NCBI RefSeq assembly: GCF_046119375.1
Contig: NW_027367524.1
Coordinates: 1-57,274 of the forward strand
Reading direction: 5' to 3'
DNA from: Phyllobates terribilis
Taxonomy: Eukaryota
DNA: 57,274 bases
The translations under genes and the position numbers were made by a program. Below the pieces are notes generated by a model. The model saw only the letters and a program-made list of their open reading frames with translations, was not told the origin of the DNA and searched no databases. Positions 46,975 to 57,274 of the stretch are shown here, piece by piece. Position 1 is the first letter of the stretch. Each line of letters starts with the position of its first letter.

Positions 46975-49900
46975 TTACCTGAAATACACGGAAACCTGCG
47001 GAATATCAACATCCTCCCCATCATCATCTTCACAAGCCACAACCACATCGAAATGCTTCCTATACGCCGGCAAATCTGCTTTCGCCACGTCCCTAACAAG
47101 ATCCACCATCTTCCTATCCATCCTCTCCTTATGCCTGGGGAACATACTATTATACAGCAAGCAACTCCCATACGAGATGCTGTAAGCACTCAGCCCTTTA
47201 GCCTGCAGCCAATCGAGTAGCTCTCTCAAAGTGGGGTCGTCTTTGAGTATCCACCTGTCCCACACAGTCCACTTCATGTCCTGGTGCTTAGTCTCCTTCG
47301 GTGGGACCGGCTCCGCCATTGAGTAGAGAGGGAGCGCCAGGTTCACGAAGGTGTTTCTGTAGTCCTCCACCTTGTGTCCCCCGTCTACCACCTTGTACAG
47401 CTCCAGGCAGACGAGGCCCGTTGCTAAAGCCGTTGCTGTCGCGATTGCCGGGATGATTCTTCCCGCGATGAACTTCGCCTTCAGTTTGTCTACTTCTGGG
47501 ATTCCGTAGTTTCTGGCTCTCATGTTCGCTAGCCCCGCTATCATGTCCATGTGATAGTTCGTGTCATCGTCCTACACATCAATAACTAGAAACAGTTCAT
47601 ATATTGATTTGAGTTTTAGCTTTAAATATTACAGATTTTTTTACATTTCTGTTAAGCAGCTGTAAAAATACCCAAAAGGCAAACATAGTGCAATAAGAGG
47701 GTAACAAGTGGCATGAGAGAAAAGGTAGTAGATGAAAGTTTAAATTATTTTTATATTCAGCAATATTCAATAGTAAATAAAGTGAAAAATGCTAAAAAAA
47801 ACATTGAAATAAATAAAAGTAGGATGAGGTTTTTTCTGCGGATTGAAAATGAAAAAAATATTAACAAAATTGCTAAGAAACTTACCATTGCATAGCACTA
47901 GGAAAGTTGCAGGAGCACGCGCATACTCTTTTCAATTGATATTAAGAAGCTAATTTACATACTGACTCTCTACTAATACTTAAAAACTGAAATCTGAATA
48001 TAGTGGTCTTTAGCAGTAGCAATAGAATAAGGATCCAGTGAAAACAGTCCTTATGGTGTGAAGTGCGAACTTTCTCGGGTACGCATATAACACGCTAATG
48101 TTCACATCTAAAGAGATAAAAAAATCACCCAGAAAACGTAAAAGAAAATAAAAATAACAGTTCACCATTAATTACAAAAATGCCACCGCGTGGATTCATT
48201 AAAAAACCCATCTTTTAATCTCAGCCCTCCATTTTCTAATCTAATGGCTCAACATGCTTCGCACTTCACACCATAAGGATTGTTTTCACCGGAACTCACC
48301 TCGTAGCAATAACCCAATATTTCAAGACTGGTAATGGCTGCTAGAACTAAACCCATTACTCTTCTTGAAAGAAGCCAACCCGTCACTTAGATAATTAAGG
48401 TTTAAATTAATAATACTTTAGAATACTAGAAATTGTAGGGATGAGCATTGGTCCAAACCCGGACCGGACTGAATTCGCAAATTTCATGGACCGAAGACCG
48501 GACCGAAAATATTAGTCCGGTCCATGTTTGGACCGAATCAGATTGAAACTATAATTTTATTTACAATTTCTAATAAATAAATAAAATTTATTCTTTATGA
48601 TATATTTTGTTTATATATATAGAATTATATCATTCATAAGCTAATTTGAGATATTAAAAAATATTAATAACCTATATATATAACCTTATATAATTAATAT
48701 TACATATTTTTTATTTTATTCTTTAAAATATCGGCCGGTCCGGAACGGACCAAACCAATTTTTGGACCGGACCGGACCCGAAATATGTAAAATCTCGGAC
48801 CGGTCTGGTCCAGTCCATTTTTTCGGTCCGGACCGATTTATGCTCATCCTAAGAAATTGACTCCTAATTTAATTAACAGGAAATACAAAGTAAATGCCGA
48901 ATATATAAAATAGCTAAGCTGGCTTTGCTGAAATCGTATCACATTATTATGTAAATGCAGTTGCAAACGAGACTTGAGCATTTTGATTACATATCATAAG
49001 AATAAATTCAAGTAGAGGCATGGCAAATTAACTTCTCCAACCAAATAAAATGTTCGAAGCAATTTTGCATGAAGGAAAGCATATGAGAGTGAGATGACTA
49101 ACCTTTTCAAATTGGACAGGGTTCATCTTGAAACCTTGAGGCAGTTTTTTGTGACAGTCCTCCAACCTAGTAATCAACTGCTCAATAACTGCAGAATCAT
49201 CAATAGAAGCAGCTGAGAGGCTAGTTGCTTTTTCATCAGTAACAATCTTTGCATCCTTCTTTGGAACGAAATCAGGGACAATCACTTTGTTAACAGCATC
49301 AACCAACATTCGTGGAGACTTAATCCAGTCTGGCCTTGGAATACCAAATGTCTCCGCCCGCAGTATTGCTGCTGCCAAGACATACTGAAGGTGGCTGGCA
49401 TCATTAACTGAGAACTGCAGTGGACGCGGGAAAACGTTTGGGGGCAGACCAGAATGGAGCTCCAGTACTAGTCACAGCATCCTCTGGGAAGGTGAATGTC
49501 AACTGCTTTACACGATCAGCAAAGTAGTCTTCGAACCTGCATAAAAAAACAGCAACTAATTATCAGCTTAGTTACTTACTGATTGCATAAAGGGGTAGTT
49601 ATGATACTTCAGATTAATAGACTTACAACATCATTCAATAATTACTCAAAAAGAAAATATACTCCCTCCGATACTTTCAACTTGTTATTTTAGCATCATC
49701 TTTTATTATACTTTTCATCTCCCAGTTCAATTAAATAGTTATTAGGTTATCAATTTTAGTTTTACACATTTCCCATCCTTTCATGTTAGCATTAAAAGTC
49801 TAGCCCAGTGAATCTGGGCGACCCTAGGCAATGAGCCACCCTAGGTGCACCTAGGGTCGCCCAGCCTTATTTCCTGCTGACTGCAGTGATCCTTGTTTTA

Positions 49901-52900
49901 TGGATGTATAGAAATATATAGTCATATAATATAGAAAAACATCATATAGTCATAAACTATAGTTTCAAAAGTAGAACCAATTAAAAAAACATGTCTTAAA
50001 GCATCAAGACAATTAAAGCATAAAAAAGTTGGTCAACTTAAATCATAAAAAATAGAATAGGAGTAGTGCGTAGTTTTATAGGGAAAACAAAAAAACAAAA
50101 ATCTTACCAAAGAATAAGGTAGAATCAACGATTTTATTAAAAAGATAATAAAATATATTACCAAAGAAGAAAATCGAATATCATCATTAAAAACAACAAT
50201 ATCATATATATTTTTGATATTTTTTTAAATTATGGAAACTGGAAAGAGTAGGCGCCTAGGACCAACTAGGCGATGCCCTGACTCAGGCAAGACTAGGCGT
50301 CGCTTTTTATTCAGTGGTCTAGTCAATAAAACTTCATAAAATATGCAGAACTCATCGTCTTTTCCAAACTAAAGTAAATGGACATAAAATTATAGCCAAT
50401 AAAACTACATAGAATATGCATAAGTCATCATCTTTTTTGAAATTAAAGTAAATGGACAATACATGAGTTTTATGAACGAGTTTGAGGAGTAATAACCTTT
50501 TCTTGGTATGTACGATGTTTTCTAAAACGGAAATTAAATCGGATCGGAGGGAGTATGTAGTTAATACTTAGTTTGACATATCTATATATATAGAATTCTT
50601 AATACTCTGAGGAAAATTCATGTGAGGATATATGGTCAGGTAAGGACTCAAGATGCTAAAGTGGTGTGCACAAACATGATAGATTGAAACACATTGTAGC
50701 ATAAGAAAACACAGTACAAAAATGTGTGTGCATACACTACAACGTAAGTATAACACACAGCAAGTAAAGAGCATGATAAAACTAGCAGGAACTCAATCTA
50801 GATGATTACCTTAAGCGTGCCCAAGTTAAGCAATCTTGGAAGTTTTCGCATCGATCCCTATCAAGGCACTCAAGAACACGTTCCAAAGTATCCCTAGCTT
50901 GAGCATCACCAGCATTTCTCATGGAAGAAGTGTATTCACCCGGATTTTCAAGAAAAGCATTTACTTCAGTAGGCGTCTTCTCTAAAAGCCCCTCAAACTC
51001 TGACCGAGCCCACGTAAGGCAATGGTCAATGTTATGCGGGAAAGAATGAACTGTACACATTGGAGCCTGTTTTTCAGGCGGATCACGAGATGCTCCATAG
51101 TTTTCAGTCAGATGAGGTACAACCATCTGAGTGTTGCATTTCGCACCGAGAGTCCCAGATTCCAAAAGAGGCTTCTGGAAATAGAGACATCTCTGATCAA
51201 TGTAGAGCCTAGCATTGACATTGTCGAGTGCGTTTATAACTACGTCTAAATTCTCCCAGAAAGTGTCGTCGAAAACATTCTCTGTTTCAGGGCTTGCACG
51301 GTTTTGAAGAGCTTGAATGTGGAAATGTGGGTTTATTGATGTGGCGGCTGATGCAGCGACGGTTGACTTTGCCTGACCAATGTTCCAATCTCGAAATAGA
51401 AACTGTCTGCTAAGGTTGCTCTTCTCAATCACATCATCATCAGTTATTGTTAACTTTCCATTATCACCACAAGAAACTCCCATAAGAGCTAGGTTCTTAA
51501 GAAACTCACACCCGAGAGCACCAGCTCCTACCATGAATACTTTCGAATCCTGGAGTTTCTTTTGTAGCTTTGATCCAAAAACAGAGATTTGTGCATCGTA
51601 TCTACTGTTTAATGGTTTAAGGTCATCTGGATTCAGGGGTTCAGTGGGAAGTGACTCCACTGAATCGAAGTAGAAAAACTGTGCACAATCACATCGCATA
51701 AAAATGTATAATTAGGTCATAGGAAATGAAAGTCCCCAGCAAGATGAGGAAAAAATGTGGACAAAAGGAACGCATCATACTCATCATGGTAGACTGACAC
51801 TACAAAAAAAATCTGGGTTTCTGACCATGTAACAAAATATAGATGCAAACCCAGCTTCTTTCCATAAAGGTTGAAAGCTTAAATAGCCTTTTCTTGGGTC
51901 ACAATAGGTATTCTTTAACGATTTTTAGGGCATAGGGTTTAGAGTCTTGTAATAGAAAGTTGTAATTACATATGGTAATTGAGGTTTAACTATTTTGTTG
52001 TGATGGGGTAATTGATTCCCTTTCTAGGATTTAGTTTCTTTATTAAGTATGCTTATCATGTACCCTAAGAAAACCCGTTCTTTTAATTACAAAGACAAGG
52101 ACACACGGTACTGAGCTAAATTAGCTTACCTGGAACAAAGGATGGAACTTCCCAGAGCAGGCTTTCATGACTTCTTGACCAACAATTCCACCAAACATAG
52201 CAGCCATAGGACTTAAAACAGCCTTTGCACCATAAGCAAAGTGGCGAAGTATGTTTTGGTCAAGTTCTTCAATTTTCCCCTCTGCAGAGCTATCATTAAT
52301 ACGGCTGGCAATAGAAATCAATTTCTGGGCATCATCCTCTGATCCAGACACAGGGAAACGACCCAACTCTGCCTTGAAACTATCCAGTGCTTGAAAGGCC
52401 AAATGCAGCAGAGGTGGACGATCAAACTTAGAGAAGTCACTGAGAAGAAAATCACCAGGGTCATTGATTGCCTCTCTCAGTGGCTTAAAATTCAATTCTT
52501 TGGACTGCTTTACTTGGGTAACAATACCACCTCCCTCATATGCTCCATAGTTTGTCGTATCCTCATCCAAGGTGAAAGAATAGGGCCTTGCACTCTTTAT
52601 CTTCCTTGGTTTCCCATCATTTAATTCAGTCATTCCACGAACTTCAGAAAATATAACAAGATCTCCATCTTGAAACTCAATCCTCTCGTCATCCACACAC
52701 CCAATAAGAGCTGGATTGTCATTGCTGATCGATGCTACTATGCCTGTATTTGGTTCATTACCATCAACATCTATAACAGTGAACTGAGGGCCGAAATCAC
52801 AGAAGACACTGCCGAAAAGGCCACAAACTTCAGCTTTTATGAAAGCAATTGGAGGTTGGTGATAGTGACAGTATTCATCAAATTCAATTGCTTTCTCTAA

Positions 52901-54707
52901 GCTGCTATCTGTGAACACAACAGCCTGCAACGAAAATATTACAGATTACTCCACTATAATGATATGAAATTAATATAAATGAAATCTGAATATCAGTTGA
53001 ACGAAAAATTCTGATAATTCAAACATTTGAAGCAATTTGTCAGGAAACGATATCAAAGCCTCATTCACGTGATAATGACATGGAAACATGATACTCATGA
53101 AATTTTGAGCCAACGAGCAACTTGAGCACAAGCTTATAGAAAGTATGATTAAAAAATAGAACTTAAGGTTGTTTAGTAGAAATCCAGAAAGCAATAAAGA
53201 GACCATTTTAGAATGATCGAAGCTCCTGTCATAGTACCTGAAATTGTGAGAGGTTTTCTTTTGTCAATGCTGTAGTCAAGGTATCGACAATAACTGCATT
53301 GTTGAGTTCTTGCAGCTTTTGCACTGAAGCAAGGGCGCGGTTCTTTCCAACGTCATCCTCCGATAATAGGAAATTACTAGACAAGTCCCACAGCTCCACA
53401 AGTCCTTCATCATGCAACGTGACCGACTTCACACCAGCAAGTATAAGATTTTTTGCTGGAATAATATTATACGATATTAATGTAAGTAATCAAATGGCCA
53501 TTTTAACTTCAAAAATAGCTTATTAGTACACATAGGATATCATAAATGTAGTAGGAAAAAGTTTTTGTTGCAAGAGAATGACAAAACATGTTCAGCTCAG
53601 CAAACAGCAATTTAAACTGCCTCCCCTTTATTCTGCTGTCAACAAGAGAATGACAAAACATGTTCCGATCAGTCTTGTTCAAAAAAGAATAATTTCACTC
53701 AATGGCTTAGTTGAATGATCTGCCTCCCCTTTATTGTGCTGTCAACAAGAGAAATTCCTTTTGTGGTAAAAGGGGTAGAATCATCAAGTGGTACTGACAC
53801 CCTAGCTTAGATTTATGTTTATGAAGCAAGGCAGATAAATTGGGCCTCTCTAAAGTTCATAGTGTGTAGTACGAATGAAAAGCCTGGATTTATTTAGTAG
53901 CAAAACTAGCATTATAGGCTGAACTCAATGAAATATGGACGAGTGCAAGGAAGAAGACCCTAGTACTAATGAGCTGATAAGAATGTATCAACATTTCCAG
54001 CATAGAGTCATATGTAACTAGGATGTAGGAACTAATAAAATGAGTAGAAACAATGTTCTTCACAAAGTTCTGGCTGACGCTTATATTGGACAAAACGATG
54101 AATTGGCCAAACATCCAACGTTCTCTAATTGGAAGGGAAACATGCAATGTTCTGAAAAGACTCCACCAAAAAACTGCATCGCTTCTATACTTTCTCAATA
54201 GTGATCTCCAGTACAGCTTTGTAGAAAACCAAACCATGAGATATTAATTATATTACTAATACAATACACAAATCTGAATCAATTAAGAAGCGCTAACAAA
54301 ATACAAAAGAAAACATTACCGATTTCAGCACCAAGTCCTTGCAAACCAGAAACAAGAACGTTGGAAGCGAATAGCTTCCGCATAGTCTCACGACCATACA
54401 CCGCGAGCTGGCGGCTGTGAAGATCCTCATCAATATCAGCTGAACTACCGTTGGCTCCATCACAGGACCTCATGATTGGCAAATCAGATTGCGTTCCACT
54501 ACCGTTCTCCGTAGTGCTCTGCTCCTTACCAGCGCCCGTCGCAGCCGCGGTAGTAGTAGCGGTCGTCGGTGCTTCGGTTGAGGCGCAGGTAGCGGAGATC
54601 GAACGAGGCTTCTTGAAAACGGTGACGCTGTGGGAGACCTCGACTACCTCCTCCTCGTCGACTTCCTCAACGGCCTGTCCACCGATAGGTCTCTTTCTAG
54701 GAAGCAT
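46975..54707 (-). CDS. UBA1: Ubiquitin-activating enzyme E1, about 1099 aa if a 1-bp insertion in exon 5 is removed
   Basis: Exons 54320-54707, 53238-53455, 52130-52924, 50810-51678, 49103-49536 and 46975-47571. Motifs: [26 protein letters not shown], catalytic [24 protein letters not shown]-terminus. Exons sum to 3301 nt (+1), see finding. Confidence 0.92.
48436..48851. mobile_element. hAT-type MITE in UBA1 intron 5
   Basis: tagggatgagca / tgctcatccta termini, perfect 8-bp TSD AGAAATTG, ggaccgg subterminal arrays. Confidence 0.9.
49662..50553. mobile_element. Stowaway MITE (probably with a nested hAT-like piece at about 49790-50316) in UBA1 intron 4
   Basis: ctccctccgat / atcggagggag TIRs with TA flanks; unusually long, with internal ctaggcg clusters like those of the 5830-6419 element. 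Confidence 0.75.
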
Positions 54708-55687
54708 ATAGTGAACTGAGCTGCGAATTTTTAGACGAAACTCCATTAGAGGAGATCCAAAAAATAATAACGAAAAAATAACCAGAATCGAACAAAAACT
54801 TGGAAAGAAAACGAGGCGAAGAGAAACGCACCTTGTTGCTCATATATGTCGACGATCGTGGCTCGAAGATGAAGGATAAGCTTGGAGATGGAGGAAGGTA
54901 TGCTGGTTACGGAAGGGAAGAATCTGAACAAACCTGGAGCGGCAAGAGAATGAGAACGGGGGAGAGGAATTTTGTTGTGGGGGCAAGCGGCTGACGAGAT
55001 GAGTTTAGGTTTCTGCTATTTTGAGGGGGGTAAATACGTCAATCGCCACGAGAGTACATTGCACATTTCATGTAAGAAACTTGCGTTCTCGCATTTTGTT
55101 TATGCTTACATAGTGAATGCAAAACCTCACATTTTCTTGTTTTGAGATGCTGCTATACATAGTAAGGGTTTGAGTGGGTGTCGATTATGAATCAATTGAG
55201 CCAACAAAGTGATCACTGTCCGAGCCAGATTTTACCTCGGCAAAAGTTGCTTACACCGAAACTATATAAGTTTTGGGTCTTTCCTTTCTAACAAGCTTCT
55301 CATATTCATTAGTAGCTAGCGGTTTCTTCTTGCCACATGTGAGCTGTAAGACTCATTACCTACAGAAACTGGTAATCCGAGGTGTGTTACTTCCTCGGAT
55401 TATCTCTCCGACAATCTAGTCGATCAGTACTTGGCAGATTTCAAAGATATTTAAATCGATCTTAACAAGTGTAAGTTTGTATATCGTGATGGGTGTGACA
55501 TCTTATTTAAGAAGAGCAATGGGCTTACCTCTTTACATATATAACACATGATAGGGCATAGTTTGACTATTAAATAATAGACCAAAGCCTTAGATTTCCA
55601 TCTGGGTGGTTTTGAGCTTTTTGGAGGGTATTTCGGGAGGTCAACACCTCTCTCGTAGAGCAAATATCTTCCTTCAGGATTTGGATT

Positions 55688-56028
55688 TGTCGGCACGTCT
55701 CTGGGCAGTTAGGGGTGGCAGGATAATAACTATGAGTTCGCATATTGACTTCGCCTCCGTGGTGTAGTCTTGAGTTCGGGAACACCTGCAATACCGAGTT
55801 TAAAGGAGGACGTTCTTTGGATTTGGCTCTCCAATGCTTAGTTCAATAAGGCTCCAAAACAGAGGGATACAACAATACACGTAAAAATAAATGTGAGGGG
55901 AAGTGAAAACAAGAGAATAAAGGCTCGCGGGGTGCGAGTGACTTCGAGAAGGCTTGATTCGGCTCCTAGTGAGACAGAATCATATGATGTGATAAAAAGA
56001 GGGAAGAGGGCTCTTAATTTACCTAAAA
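55688..56028 (+). mobile_element. Tat-type LTR fragment
   Basis: acctgca...gagg...tttggctctccaatgcttagttca resembles the motif block of the LTR at 2215-2280; cut off on the right by the Helitron end. Confidence 0.45.
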
Positions 56029-57274
56029 CTAGCTTATTTCCCGTGCCATGCACGAGATAGTTTTATCAAATTTATATTAATTTTTATACATATCTAATGT
56101 CATTTACAATTTTATACATATCTAAGATCTTGGTAAGAATAGTAATAGTTATTCTTATCTATATTATAGATTAATTAGCTTTTATATACCAAAGCATTTT
56201 TTAAAAAGTTATCACGGACTCACCGAAACTCAAGTCACCCATGAAATTTTTCATGAAATTTGAATCTATATTGGAGACTGATTGCCCAAATTCGTCATAG
56301 GTCATAATGATATGTGCAACACAGTTACTACGTAGATCGAATTTTGATCATTTAGATTCCAAATAGATTCTTAATCACAATAATATAGTTCATTATTTAA
56401 AACCAGATCATAAAATACATATTGTATTGTTTTATTTTTAGTCAAATTCTACATTTAGAATAGTAATTAATATAAAATTAAAAAATAATCTATGTTTTGA
56501 AAAGAGATTGATTAATATTCTAATTATTAAGTAAGTTTAGAAAAATCATCTAAATTTAATGATTAATTAGATTAAATTTTAAATACCTTATCCATTTGTT
56601 CCTAAAATATGTGAGTTAATTAAAAAATAGAATAATAGAACCAATAGGAAAAGAAGAGATAATAGTAGATCAAATGAGAAAATTATACTTAAGAAAATAT
56701 TAGCTAAAATTAAGAAGAGAGTTTAAATGGGGCTAGCTTTTATACTGATTTTTATACATATCTAATGTCACTTGCAATTTTATACATATCTAAGATTTTG
56801 GTAAGAATAGTAATAGTTACTCTTATCTATATTATAGATTATTATCTTTTCTATACCAAATCATTTTTAAAAGTTTCCATGGACTCACTGAAATTCAAGT
56901 CACCAATGAAATTTTGCATGAAATTTGAATCCATATTGGAGACTGATTGCCCAAATTCGATGTAGGTCGTAATGATATGTGCAACACAATTTCTCTGTAG
57001 ATCGAATTTTGATCATTTAGATTTCGAATAGATTCTTAATCGCAATGATATATTTCATTATTTAAAAATAGGTCATAGAATACATATTGTATTGTTTTAT
57101 TTTAGTCAAAATTCTACATTTAACATAGTAATTAATTTAAAAGTAAAAAAAAATCTATGTTTTGAAAAGAGATTGATTAATCTTCTAATTATTAAGTAAG
57201 TTTAGAAGAATAATCTAAATTTAATGATTAATTAGATTAAATTTTAAATACCTTATCAATTTGTTCCTAAAATA
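56029..57274 (-). mobile_element. Non-autonomous Helitron with tandem unit duplication (period about 668 bp)
   Basis: Minus-strand 3' end: hairpin cgtgcatggcacg + about 11 nt + CTAG|T at 56029. Sequence from 56081 recurs from 56749 to the window end. Confidence 0.65.

Noticed and set aside
53570-53755. Interleaved short direct repeats in UBA1 intron 1 as a structured RNA or snoRNA
   Set aside because: No C/D or H/ACA boxes recognised; consistent with a local duplication.

Overview
Plant (eudicot-like) nuclear DNA with three host protein genes and one tRNA gene in a dense transposon landscape. Host genes: (1) a 6-exon aprataxin-like gene (P-loop kinase + macro + HIT + Zn finger; At5g01310/bHLH140-type) at 3528-8772 (-), with tRNA-Ile(UAU) 124 bp upstream on the same strand; (2) a 3-exon YbhB/PEBP-family gene at 36206-40064 (+) that begins with a 23-nt coding micro-exon; (3) a ubiquitin-activating enzyme E1 gene at 46975-54707 (-) carrying a 1-bp frameshift in exon 5. 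The first two genes are head-to-head but separated by a MULE (9387-14294, 9-bp TSD) and a Sirevirus-type Ty1/copia element (14373-35820). The copia element contains a hAT element (22606-27004, 8-bp TSD) and a gag-protease-only Athila-type element (27575-34905, 5-bp TSD). Also present: a degenerate Tat-type Ty3 element at the left edge, an L1-type LINE (41131-46667, 17-bp TSD) with no recognisable ORF1, a solo LTR, and several MITEs and Helitrons. The most unusual observation is the hAT element. Besides its decayed transposase it carries an intact, divergently oriented 114-aa ORF that is a stand-alone paralogue of its own BED zinc finger with an acidic tail, and a palindrome array sits between two outward-facing TATA boxes. 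All coordinates, translations and homology calls were made by eye; no database searches were run.
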